Shown here: positions 9,061-17,890 of the stretch, piece by piece
Numbering within the stretch: the stretch's first letter is position 1
Layout of the letters: every line of letters begins with the position of its first letter
From: Candidatus Falkowbacteria bacterium
GTDB lineage: Bacteria > Patescibacteriota > Patescibacteriia > Patescibacteriales > WJLG01
Direction of reading: 5' to 3'
Length of the DNA stretch: 64,000 bases
NCBI GenBank assembly: GCA_963747695.1
Contig: CAVVFV010000001.1
Span: 36,466-100,465 of the forward strand
Made by a program: the position numbers and the translations under genes
Notes under the pieces: model-generated
Told to the model about the DNA's origin: nothing
The model's input: the letters and a program-made list of their open reading frames with translations, nothing else
The model's database searches: none

Positions 9061-10350
9061 ATGGTGATTAAAAAAAATAAATGGTATCTATTTGGCAAGT
9101 GGCTGGAACCGGTTTTATCCAGCACCTTTTGGTTGGAATTTAAAATAAAAAAACTTGGTTTTGATTTTTTTGGTGATATACGCGTTTTACACGGAAATTA
9201 TTTCATTTTGCAAGACGACATGAACAAGGTAACGGATTTCGTCGAAGAGAAAATAAAAAAGGATAAGAATTGGTTTAAAGAATATTTTAAGCTTTTCGAG
9301 GTAAAAATAGAAAAAGCTCGGTATTACGCCAAACACCGTGATCTCAGTGGTTTTTTAAAAACATTGACCAAACTTTTGAATATGTCGATGAGCGTGCAAT
9401 TATTGGATTATGGCTTAACAAGATACATTGAGAAAATTTCCGCTAGTAAGCATATTCCCGTCAGTGAAGTTCTCGCCCAAATAAAGCCATACAAAGCGAC
9501 CTTGTTGGTTCAATATCAGGAAGAGTTGAAAAAGTTAAGTCCGAAAGATGACAATGTGACGATCGATGAATTTCTGAAGAAATGGGCCTGGGTCGGCACT
9601 CATATTTTCATGGGCACTCCGCTGAACAGACAAAAATTATTCGCAGAATTAAAGAATCTTTCTGGGCCGGTTAAAAATAAAACTAAGAAGAAATTACCCC
9701 GGGAATATCAAACCGCGATCGATATCGGTTCCAAGCTGGCTTTTTTCCGTTCTTTCGCCGTCGAGACCGCCGATAGTTTGATTTATACCTATCTGAAAGA
9801 AATACGAGACTTAGCAAAAAAATTCAGTTTGAGTTTAAAACAAATTCTTTTACTGGAGTCGAGAGAAATAATCAGATTGAATGATGAAGGAATCATGCCT
9901 TCTGGCTACGAGAAAAGGAAGAAGGGGTTTGGCGTGGTGGTGGAGAATGACAAAATGAGGGTCATAACCGGGAAAGAATTGAAAAAGAAGTTTGAAGAGT
10001 GCCGGGAAAAAATTGATAGGAATATCTTCGAATTAAAGGGGATGACAGCTCATAGCAACAATAAAATAATCAGAGGTGTTGTAAGGCTTGTTGAGGAATC
10101 GAAAGATTTACCCAAAATGCGAAGAGGCGATATTTTGGTGGCCAATGAAACAACGCCCGATTATATTTTTGGCATGAAAATTGCCGGAGCGATAATTACC
10201 AATCAAGGAGGAATCACTTCTCACGCCGCGATAGTTTCCCGTGAACTGAATAAACCTTGCATTATCGCTACGAAAATCGCTACCAAAGTTTTGCACGACG
10301 GCGACCTGGTGGAAGTCGATGCGGACCGAGGAATAGTGAAAATATTGTGA
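9061..10350 (+). CDS. PEP-utilizing-enzyme swivel domain protein, paralog 4 (3-nt gap after the ATP-grasp gene)
   Basis: C-terminus GDILVANETTPDYIFGMKIAGAIITNQGGITSHAAIVSRELNKPCIIAT. Confidence 0.75.
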   Translation: MVIKKNKWYLFGKWLEPVLSSTFWLEFKIKKLGFDFFGDIRVLHGNYFILQDDMNKVTDFVEEKIKKDKNWFKEYFKLFEVKIEKARYYAKHRDLSGFLKTLTKLLNMSMSVQLLDYGLTRYIEKISASKHIPVSEVLAQIKPYKATLLVQYQEELKKLSPKDDNVTIDEFLKKWAWVGTHIFMGTPLNRQKLFAELKNLSGPVKNKTKKKLPREYQTAIDIGSKLAFFRSFAVETADSLIYTYLKEIRDLAKKFSLSLKQILLLESREIIRLNDEGIMPSGYEKRKKGFGVVVENDKMRVITGKELKKKFEECREKIDRNIFELKGMTAHSNNKIIRGVVRLVEESKDLPKMRRGDILVANETTPDYIFGMKIAGAIITNQGGITSHAAIVSRELNKPCIIATKIATKVLHDGDLVEVDADRGIVKIL

Positions 10351-10372
10351 TTTTTTGGCTAAAGTTAAATAT

Positions 10373-10408
10373 AACCGCTGATATTAATTTAATTAGGCGG
10401 TTTTATTG
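10373..10408 (+). terminator. weak hairpin plus T-tract after paralog 4
   Basis: aaccgc (10373-10378) pairs with gcggtt (10397-10402), followed by ttttatt. Confidence 0.35.
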
Positions 10409-10434
10409 ACTTTGCTTGATTTTCGTGCTATAAT
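10406..10434 (+). promoter_or_regulatory. sigma70-like promoter
   Basis: TTGACT (10406-10411), a 17-nt spacer, then TATAAT (10429-10434), about 70 nt upstream of the PLP-enzyme gene. Confidence 0.5.
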
Positions 10435-10504
10435 AAGTAGATGCTGAATTTTTGTTTGCACATTACATTTTTTGTAAATATAAACCCCAAAAGAGAGGAT
10501 GATT

Positions 10505-11578
10505 ATGGAAACATGGTTTGGGATTGCTCGCGTTTTTTCTTCAGTCAATGATATGGAGAAAACATTGAGTGAAAAAGGAGAGTTCTATTTGACTGGTAGC
10601 CCAGCGGCGAAAAAGTTGGAAAATTATCTGTCCGATTTCTACGGAGCAGACACTCTGATCGTGGACAAAGGAAGAAATGCGATATTAGCGACAGTATTGG
10701 CGTTAACTGTAACTGGCGATACGGTTGCAGTTTCGACCGAAATTTATCCCGGCACCAGGGCAATGTTCAAGGATCTGGAAACTAGAAAGATTTTGAAAGT
10801 CATCTGGTTTGATCCGATTAAGACCGACATTTTCGATATGATGCATCCGTTGACGGGGGAAGTGAAGATGTGTTTCGTCGAATCAATCGGCAATTCCAGG
10901 ACTATGCCGGTTATCCACCCAAACAATTACGTTGCGGATTGCCATAATTATCTGGTTATTGATTCCACCTTCACCCCGCTTTGGGTTCCCGAGGAATACC
11001 AATGGAAGCAGCTCATTCTAGTTGGTTCGATGTCCAAGTACGAACAGCCCGACGGGCAAATGACCGGCGGGCGTATCTCCGCCGACCACGCGACGATCGA
11101 GAAGATCAGAAATTTTTCGCTCATCACGAACTTTGCCATGCTTCCGATAACTGCTGAGTATTATCTTCGGCATGTTACCGAAAGAGGACAACGATACAGA
11201 GAGCACTCCAAACTTGCCGATCAATTAGCCAAAGCCTGCCTGAAGCATCTGGCAATTAAGAATGTTTATTATCCGACTCTAAAGGATGATAAAAATATTC
11301 TTAAGGAATGGTATGGCGGTTTGGCTGGCAGTGTTTTGTTCATCGTCCTCAACGGCGGAGAAACGGCGGCTAAAAAGCTTGCCGATGCAGTGGTTGGCGA
11401 ATGCGATTGGGTGATCGGGGTCGGTTTTGGAACGATGGAATGGCGGATTTGCCCTTACGTCGGGCCATTCGCTGATCCTTCCGAACCGGGACTCGTACGG
11501 ATCGCGGTTGGCAGGTATGGGAATGCGAATAAAAACATTTCTGTCCTGCTCAAAGCACTTGATTCCCTGGGGGAATAA
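10505..11578 (+). CDS. Cys/Met-metabolism PLP-dependent enzyme (cystathionine gamma-synthase / C-S lyase family)
   Basis: DSTFTP and GSMSKY (PLP-lysine context) are family motifs. SD gagagg (10493-10498) favours ATG 10505 over the in-frame 10499. Confidence 0.65.
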   Translation: METWFGIARVFSSVNDMEKTLSEKGEFYLTGSPAAKKLENYLSDFYGADTLIVDKGRNAILATVLALTVTGDTVAVSTEIYPGTRAMFKDLETRKILKVIWFDPIKTDIFDMMHPLTGEVKMCFVESIGNSRTMPVIHPNNYVADCHNYLVIDSTFTPLWVPEEYQWKQLILVGSMSKYEQPDGQMTGGRISADHATIEKIRNFSLITNFAMLPITAEYYLRHVTERGQRYREHSKLADQLAKACLKHLAIKNVYYPTLKDDKNILKEWYGGLAGSVLFIVLNGGETAAKKLADAVVGECDWVIGVGFGTMEWRICPYVGPFADPSEPGLVRIAVGRYGNANKNISVLLKALDSLGE

Positions 11579-11694
11579 TCAGTTACATGTTTTTTTTCGG
11601 GCCGTTGCATGGAGTATGCGACGGCCTTTTATTTTTGACTAAATCGAGTTTTTTTGCTAAAATAACAATGGAAATTATAAATAGATATTTTTTT

Positions 11695-12564
11695 ATGATC
11701 AAACAAAAGTTGATCTATAAAGAACCTTGGCAAGTGATGGCTGAGCGGTGGGAAAAATATTATACCGAGCCGGGTCGGCCGACTAAGGGAGATTTAGCAG
11801 CTTATCGTAAATTCATCAAACAAGCGATCAAGGGGAAAAACCAACCCAGGGTTTTGGTTTTGGGCGCCACTCCGGAATTGCGCGACTTGCTTTACGAATT
11901 GAAATGCGAGGTGACGATTATTGACGCGGCGGCAGCAATGGTTCAAGCGATGACCGGCTTAAAAAAGCACCGGTCTGCCCCGGAAAAGGTTGTGATTAGT
12001 GACTGGATAGACAATCCCCTGAAGGCTGATTATTTTGACGTAATCGTTGGTGATATTATTTTGGCCAATATCCCTCGGCAAAAACAGCCGGAATTTTTGC
12101 GCGGCTTAGCCCGGATGCTGAAACCCGGCGGCTATTTCATCAGTCGTTTTTTCGTTGCTCCGGATAAATTTGAACCGCTTCCGCTTGATAAATTTTTGGC
12201 CGAATGCAAAAAGTTTTTACCAAAACATCGCAATTCGGCCATGGAAATGATTTTTGCCGCCTACAAGACAATCTTTGACACCAAAAAAAGATTGTTCGAT
12301 TTGGCTGCCTTTAAAAATGGCTTAAAGAAATATTGGCGTTGCGATAAATTTGTTTATCCTGACCAAAAGATCAATTATTTCATAAATTTCGCTTGGGAAA
12401 CTTGGCAGCCGATGGAAAAAGCTTGGGCGATCGATTTTGAAAAAGATGTGGCTAAACTGGTTTCCCGCTATTTCGTGATCAAAGCCAAAGGATATTTTTC
12501 CGATGTCTTCTGGAAGGAGGCGGGAAAGGCAATGCCGCTCTGGTTTTGCCGCGTAAAGAAATAG
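11695..12564 (+). CDS. class-I SAM-dependent methyltransferase, paralog a
   Basis: VLVLGATPELRDLL (motif I-like), DVIVGDIILANI, LKPGGYFISR. The start at 11695 aligns residue-for-residue with the N-terminus of the downstream paralog; the track's 11587 start is probably too early. Confidence 0.65.
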   Translation: MIKQKLIYKEPWQVMAERWEKYYTEPGRPTKGDLAAYRKFIKQAIKGKNQPRVLVLGATPELRDLLYELKCEVTIIDAAAAMVQAMTGLKKHRSAPEKVVISDWIDNPLKADYFDVIVGDIILANIPRQKQPEFLRGLARMLKPGGYFISRFFVAPDKFEPLPLDKFLAECKKFLPKHRNSAMEMIFAAYKTIFDTKKRLFDLAAFKNGLKKYWRCDKFVYPDQKINYFINFAWETWQPMEKAWAIDFEKDVAKLVSRYFVIKAKGYFSDVFWKEAGKAMPLWFCRVKK

Positions 12565-12603
12565 GATGTCCGAAGTGCGAAAATAATCAAAGCATAATTA
12601 AAT

Positions 12604-13503
12604 ATGAGAAAAATAATTTTTAAGAATCATCGTAAAAAGTGGGCGGTAATTTCTAATCATTGGGGGCATTTTGGCGAACCAAGCCGGCCGAGCCGGGGAG
12701 ATGTTTATAATTATAATAAATTACTGCTCCAGGCTTTAAGGGGCAAAAGAAATGCCGAAATTTTAGTATTGGGTTCAACGCCCGAGATCAGAGAATTACT
12801 TTTTAAATTTTGGCTGACAAAAAAAATAAGAGTGACCTGTGTTGATATGACCAGAGAAATGTACGAAGCAATGACTGTTTTTGTGGATAATCGGATCAAG
12901 GATGAAAAGTTGGTGATCGCCAATTGGGTAAATATGAAATTCAGCCATAAGTTTGATGTAGTTGTTGGTGATTATGTCGATGGCAATCTTGGCGTGGAAT
13001 ATAAGGATGCTTTTTTAACTAACATTAAATTTTTGTTAAAAAAAGGCGGTTATTTTATTCAGCGGGATACGACTATCAGTCCCGATTTTAAGATACCCAA
13101 TGTTGAATATGTTTTTAGAAAATTTATCCCGGAAGTAAAATCGGAAGAGTATTCGATTAAGAAAGCCGCCAATATGTGTGCAAATTATCTTATCTGGGCC
13201 AGCTGGTTTATCACCAAGGATAATAAGACTTCCTTGCTCTATTATTGGCCGGAAATTGAAAAATTCGGCAAAAAAATTGCCAAAGACAAGAGCGAAGACG
13301 GCTTGTTGGCTAAAGCCATTTATGATCGGTTTCTCTTGGCGTGGATTCCTTATAAAGAAAAATACTGGACATATTATCCGACCAAAAAAAATAATGATTT
13401 GATAAGGAAATATTTCGCTATTGAAAAAGTTGTTTTTGCCAAAGATTATTATTCGATTTTGGCGAAAAATTCCCCGATGTATCTCTTAAAAAAATATGCT
13501 TAA
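12604..13503 (+). CDS. class-I SAM-dependent methyltransferase, paralog b
   Basis: ILVLGSTPEIRELL, DVVVGDYVDGNL, LKKGGYFIQR. The N-terminal W..G.P.RP..GD motif is shared with paralog a. Confidence 0.65.
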   Translation: MRKIIFKNHRKKWAVISNHWGHFGEPSRPSRGDVYNYNKLLLQALRGKRNAEILVLGSTPEIRELLFKFWLTKKIRVTCVDMTREMYEAMTVFVDNRIKDEKLVIANWVNMKFSHKFDVVVGDYVDGNLGVEYKDAFLTNIKFLLKKGGYFIQRDTTISPDFKIPNVEYVFRKFIPEVKSEEYSIKKAANMCANYLIWASWFITKDNKTSLLYYWPEIEKFGKKIAKDKSEDGLLAKAIYDRFLLAWIPYKEKYWTYYPTKKNNDLIRKYFAIEKVVFAKDYYSILAKNSPMYLLKKYA

Positions 13504-13581
13504 TTCCTAAATGCGGATAGGAGGTCGTAAGATTAATTTAATAAGTTCTATTTTTTGAAGGTATATTTTGGTATAAAAAAT

Positions 13582-13607
13582 GCTCGGCCCACTGGTATGT
13601 GCCGAGC
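13582..13607. terminator. bidirectional hairpin between convergent genes
   Basis: gctcggc (13582-13588) pairs with gccgagc (13601-13607). An A-run lies upstream (a T-run on the minus strand) and ttt lies downstream. Confidence 0.5.
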
Positions 13608-13629
13608 TTTGCTTATAAAACATTCAAAA

Positions 13630-13971
13630 CTATTCGATGATCGTGCCTTCGCGAAGAAGCGTGATTTCTCTGCCGCTGATTTGGTAGAGACATCCTTTTT
13701 TATTTATTCCTTTCGCGCCCAGGGCGATCATTAATTCGCCGCCGGAACAGAAGAGAGTGTTTTCCGGGAATGATTCGACGAATTTCCAGGCGTCGAAGGC
13801 GGGGCTTTTGATCATTCCTTCGTATTCTTCTTCCGGGATCTTAATTTCGCGGTAAGTAATGATTTTTCCATCTGCCTCAATACCATCAGGGCTGCCGCAG
13901 AACGGAGAAAAAATTCTTCGGGTATTTTCGGGAATCCCTCCGAATTTCGTGAGCCAATCGAAGATTTCCAT
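13630..13971 (-). CDS. hypothetical protein, possibly the 3' part of a frameshifted gene reaching 14116
   Basis: ORF of 113 aa. The same frame stays open upstream to about 14090, and a second ORF (14116 down to 13886) overlaps it in another frame across a G5/C5 run at 14057-14061. Confidence 0.4.
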   Translation of the reverse strand: MEIFDWLTKFGGIPENTRRIFSPFCGSPDGIEADGKIITYREIKIPEEEYEGMIKSPAFDAWKFVESFPENTLFCSGGELMIALGAKGINKKGCLYQISGREITLLREGTIIE

Positions 13972-14230
13972 AAATCTTCTTCCGGTGCCGACTACCGCCA
14001 GGGGGATGCTTTCCGGAAGAGAATGGGCGAGAGACGCCCACTTGATAAAGACCTTTGGGGGTGTGACCGGGGTTATAGCCGAAATTCCTCAGACCGTGCG
14101 TAATCAGGTACTTCATAATTCCTCCTTGGCTTATGGTAAAATATACTTGAAATATCTATATTAAATTCAAAATGAGCAGTCTGCTAATAATAGCATAAAG
14201 ATGCTTGGAAGTCAATAGCACAAGGTAATG

Positions 14231-15210
14231 TGCACACACATATTGCACTTTCTGCTAATCTGGGGGCATATGTCAAAAACTATGCCCAAATCAACCAAAG
14301 AAGAGAAATATCGCTGGATCAAGCCAATCCTGAACGGTGAAATGACAATTAAGCTGATGGCGGCGGTCTGTCCGTTCAGCGAGAGGGCGCTGAAGTACTG
14401 GCTGGCCGATTTTCGGGAGCATGGGATAGCAGGGCTGGAGAATAGATCAACGCGCCCCAAATCGCAGCCGAACGAAACGCCGATCAGGATCAAAGAACGG
14501 ATAATCGAGCTGCGGAAGGAAACAAAACTCTGCGCCAAGAAGCTGAACTACAAATTGAAAAAAGAGAATATAATAATCGATGACCGGACGATCGGCAAGA
14601 TCATCAAGACGGAAGGATTGGTGAGAAAATACCGGATCAGGAAAATTAAATATAAATATTTAAAAATTCCCCTGGCCAAAGGCGATCTGGTGGAGATTGA
14701 TATTAAATTCGTGCCTGATTTGATTGAGCAGAAACGCTATTTCCAATTTACCGCCATTGATTGCGCGACGAGGTGGCGATACCTGAAAATTTACGATGAC
14801 GCGGGCAGCGCCGAAGCGATCGATTTTTTGAATGAATTGCTAAATATCACGGAGTTCCGAATTAGAGCGATCAAAACCGACAATGGCAGCTGTTTCACCA
14901 ACCGCTACACCGGCTACCAGAAATCAGTCAATCCGTTCAACCCGCGATTGCATCCGCTCGATCTGTTCTGCCAGAGAAACAACATTCTGCATTACCTCAT
15001 TGATCCGGGCAAACCGGCCCAGAACGGACGGGTGGAACGCAGCCACCGGACCGACCAGGAGATGTTTTACGATAGACGGAAATTTAAAACTGTCTTAGGA
15101 TTGAAGCGGGCGATCAGGAAATGGAATATTAATTACAATAATTTAGAACATTGCGCCCTGGATGGATTAACGCCGAACGAGGCGTTGGCTGGAGTGCAAA
15201 ATGTCTGTGC
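14231..15210 (+). mobile_element. IS481-family-like insertion sequence with imperfect terminal inverted repeats
   Basis: Left end gcacacacatattgcact (14232-14249) matches the reverse complement of the right end agtgcaaaatgtctgtgc (15193-15210) at 16 of 18 positions. A single transposase ORF fills the element. Confidence 0.7.
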
Positions 15211-15214
15211 CTAA
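14270..15214 (+). CDS. DDE transposase (N-terminal HTH plus rve integrase core), IS481-like
   Basis: VEIDIKFVP...QFTAIDCATRW...IKTDNGSCFTN...NGRVERSHRTDQE give the D, D, E spacing of the rve core. The likely start is MSKTMPKST at 14270. Confidence 0.8.
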   Translation: MSKTMPKSTKEEKYRWIKPILNGEMTIKLMAAVCPFSERALKYWLADFREHGIAGLENRSTRPKSQPNETPIRIKERIIELRKETKLCAKKLNYKLKKENIIIDDRTIGKIIKTEGLVRKYRIRKIKYKYLKIPLAKGDLVEIDIKFVPDLIEQKRYFQFTAIDCATRWRYLKIYDDAGSAEAIDFLNELLNITEFRIRAIKTDNGSCFTNRYTGYQKSVNPFNPRLHPLDLFCQRNNILHYLIDPGKPAQNGRVERSHRTDQEMFYDRRKFKTVLGLKRAIRKWNINYNNLEHCALDGLTPNEALAGVQNVCA

Positions 15215-15224
15215 AACAACAAGG

Positions 15225-15253
15225 TTGACAAATACGCGATTGGGTGATATATT
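15225..15253 (+). promoter_or_regulatory. sigma70-like promoter
   Basis: TTGACA (15225-15230), a 17-nt spacer, then TATATT (15248-15253). Confidence 0.45.
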
Positions 15254-15300
15254 GCGTAATAATATAACCGGTAATTTTTTATTTAACCAGAGGAGGGATT

Positions 15301-15573
15301 ATGTCGAAAACTTCGGTGAAAGTCGCGGAGCTAACCCTGTTCTTGATCGGCCTTTCGAGGATTAAGGAAGAAAGCTTGCGCTCCACCGCGGCGGCTGAAG
15401 CCGGTAAGTGCGTGCTAACGATCCGAAGTGATCATTTGAAGGGATTGGCCGCCAAGGTCGAAGTCAGAAAAATGGCGATAAATATCGCCAAATGCCCGTT
15501 CTGCGAGGTGACGAAAGATGATCTGGAAATCATCAAGATGATGGAAAGATTCATCGAACGCAATTTTTCTTAA
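15301..15573 (+). CDS. hypothetical protein (90 aa)
   Basis: Strong SD (agaggaggg) 4 nt upstream. A promoter lies before it and a terminator after it. No homology recognised. Confidence 0.45.
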   Translation: MSKTSVKVAELTLFLIGLSRIKEESLRSTAAAEAGKCVLTIRSDHLKGLAAKVEVRKMAINIAKCPFCEVTKDDLEIIKMMERFIERNFS

Positions 15574-15582
15574 ACAGGATGT

Positions 15583-15618
15583 AATTCCTCCGCGATAAGC
15601 AGCGGAGGAATTTTTTTG
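15583..15618 (+). terminator. rho-independent terminator
   Basis: aattcctccgc (15583-15593) pairs with gcggaggaatt (15602-15612), followed by a T-run. Confidence 0.65.
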
Positions 15619-15650
15619 CCTTAGCGCATTTTTTTTGTTATCCTATTAAT

Positions 15651-17069
15651 ATGGATAAAATATTCTCATTCATTAAGAAACTAATCCCGAAAAAAATCTT
15701 TAATGCGCTTCAGTCGCCTTATCATTATCTTTTAAGCTGGACATCGGCTTTATTCAATGGCTTTCCGACGGAAAAGATGATCGTGATTGGCATTACGGGG
15801 ACGATCGGCAAGACGACCACCGCTTATTTATTATTGCGCACTTTGAAAGAGTGCGGGTTTAAGGTTGGGCTATCTTCGACGGCTGTTTTTGATGATGGCA
15901 ACAAAGAATGGTTGAACGATAAACGGATGACGATGGTCGGGAGATTTTTTCTCCAAGGATTGTTGGCGAAGATGGTGAAGAACGGCTGCCAGTTCGCGAT
16001 CGTCGAAACTACTTCCGAAGGGATCCGCCAGTACCGGCATAAATTCATCAATTATGATTGGCTGATCTTTACCGGCTTATATCCCGAACACGTGGAATCA
16101 CACGGCGGTTTTGAAAATTATAAAAAAGCCAAGGGAAAATTATTCGAACATTTGAAGGATTGTAAGATTAAATATGTCGATGATATATTCAAAGTCTGCG
16201 ATCAGGCCAGCTGTCTGCAAAAAACCGATTTGAAGCGGATCAAGAAAACCGTGGTCGGCAATCTTGACGATGAGAATGCCAATTACTTCTTGTCTTTTTG
16301 GGCGGAAGAAAAAATCGGTTTTACGACGCGAGAAAAAGTTGATATCTTGGGTGAGAATCTGCCGGAAAATCTGCAAGTGGAAAAATACGGCGAGATCGAA
16401 ACCGAGCCCGATGGCGTTTCTTTCCAGGCTTTTGGCGAAAAAATCCAATTATCTTTGCTGGGTGAATTCAATGCCGCCAATGCCATGGCCGCCGCTTGCG
16501 CGGCCAGATTGGCAGTAAAAAATATCGAAGGAATTAAGGCTGGTTTAAAAAGCGTCAAGGGCGTGGCCGGCCGGATGGAAAAGATCGATGAAGGCCAGCC
16601 GTTCACGGTAATCGTCGATTATGCTTTTGAACCTAATTCTCTGGCTAAGATTTACGATGTGATTGAAAAATTTCCGCATAACCGGATTATCAACGTTTTC
16701 GGCGCGGCCGGCGGCGGGCGCGATGCCTCACGGCGGCCGAAAATGGGATTGCTTACTGGCAAGCGGGCCGATTACGTAATTGTCACTAATGAAGATCCAT
16801 ATGACGATGATCCGTTATTGATTATCGAACAGATCGCGGTCGGTGCGGAAAAAGAAGGCAAGAAAGTGAATTTAGACCTATTTAAAATACCTGACCGCCG
16901 CGAAGCGATCCGCCAAGCGATTAGCATCGCCGAAGAAGGGGATTTGGTTTTGATCTCCGGGAAGGGGAGCGAGCAATTGATGATGATGGCCAATGGCGAA
17001 AAAATCCCCTGGGACGACCGCGCGGTGGCGAGAGAAGAAATAAAAAAACTCATAACGCGTAACTCATAA
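15651..17069 (+). CDS. murE: Mur ligase family protein, MurE-like
   Basis: GITGTIGKTTT P-loop, YPEHVESHGGFENYKKAKGKLF, VTNEDPYDDDP (compare the DNPR motif region). The assignment to MurE rather than another Mur ligase is tentative. Confidence 0.7.
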   Translation: MDKIFSFIKKLIPKKIFNALQSPYHYLLSWTSALFNGFPTEKMIVIGITGTIGKTTTAYLLLRTLKECGFKVGLSSTAVFDDGNKEWLNDKRMTMVGRFFLQGLLAKMVKNGCQFAIVETTSEGIRQYRHKFINYDWLIFTGLYPEHVESHGGFENYKKAKGKLFEHLKDCKIKYVDDIFKVCDQASCLQKTDLKRIKKTVVGNLDDENANYFLSFWAEEKIGFTTREKVDILGENLPENLQVEKYGEIETEPDGVSFQAFGEKIQLSLLGEFNAANAMAAACAARLAVKNIEGIKAGLKSVKGVAGRMEKIDEGQPFTVIVDYAFEPNSLAKIYDVIEKFPHNRIINVFGAAGGGRDASRRPKMGLLTGKRADYVIVTNEDPYDDDPLLIIEQIAVGAEKEGKKVNLDLFKIPDRREAIRQAISIAEEGDLVLISGKGSEQLMMMANGEKIPWDDRAVAREEIKKLITRNS

Positions 17070-17102
17070 CGCGTAACGGGGTGCAGTCGGGGAGCTTATT
17101 TT

Positions 17103-17204
17103 AAAAAGTCCCCTCCTCGGGAGGGGTGGCTCGCGCCGCGCGAGACGGGGAGGGTCTATGCCTGACATTATTTTTTTGTCATCCCGAGTCCCTGACGAGG
17201 GATC
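17103..17204 (+). repeat. GC-rich modular hairpin element, copy A
   Basis: aaaaagtcccctcctcgggagg...gggtctatgcctgacattatttttttgtcatcccgag..gggatc. It shares modules with copies at 17891-18022 (inverted) and 22262-22402. Confidence 0.7.
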
Positions 17205-17317
17205 TATTTTTCGATAGATAGAATTTTATATATAGCCGAATTTTTTTTCTAACCTTGACTTTTTACGGGGGAGGTGGTAAAATTAAAACAGTAAAATTAA
17301 CTATTAATTGAAAATTT

Positions 17318-17605
17318 ATGAATTTTGAAGCAATGCCAAATCAAACAGATGATAACTCCAATAAAATTAACGAACTTGCGGCAAATAAGTTGGCGGATAA
17401 TTCCGCTGAAAAATTTTTGGAATTGAAACAAGAGTCAGCAAAGATTGATGAACGAATGAAATTGTTAGAAAAAGAACGCGCTATGATTGATGAACAAATG
17501 GAATTGTTAGAAAAAGAACGCGCAGAGTTAAAAGAGAAAGCGGTTGAAGCAAAAAAAGATTACGAAGAAAAATATGATAAATCTAGGCACGCTAATTTTT
17601 TGTAA
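17318..17605 (+). CDS. hypothetical coiled-coil protein (95 aa) with internal 42-nt duplication
   Basis: IDERMKLLEKERAM / IDEQMELLEKERAE are encoded by two 42-nt units at 17444-17527. Confidence 0.4.
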   Translation: MNFEAMPNQTDDNSNKINELAANKLADNSAEKFLELKQESAKIDERMKLLEKERAMIDEQMELLEKERAELKEKAVEAKKDYEEKYDKSRHANFL

Positions 17606-17890
17606 ATTTTTTAAGTTACCAATAAAAAAATCACCGGTAAATAAGCTAGTGATTTATTTATATTTTAATAAATAAATTTTCCTTGTAGCGCGCATTGGAA
17701 AATTTCCGTTAAATCACGCAGCGTTGAAACCGTGCAAAATTTCAGTGTTTGAGCTTGCGCCGCGCAAGCGAGTTTGAAATTTTGCTAGGTTTCCTAGCGG
17801 AGTGATAGGAAATTTCCACCTGCGAGCAGTTTTTTGCGCCACTTTTTTTAAAAAAAGTGGCAAAGATGTTTGATAATCTTGGAAGTACCA

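Noticed and set aside
8107-10350. Calling 8107-9057 plus 9061-10350 a broken housekeeping ppsA (PEP synthase).
   Set aside because: Neither ORF, nor any paralog, shows the C-terminal PEP/pyruvate-binding TIM-barrel region that follows the swivel domain in PpsA/PPDK. The proteins end right after the swivel domain, as in rifampin-phosphotransferase-type enzymes. Four such paralogs argue against simple gene decay.
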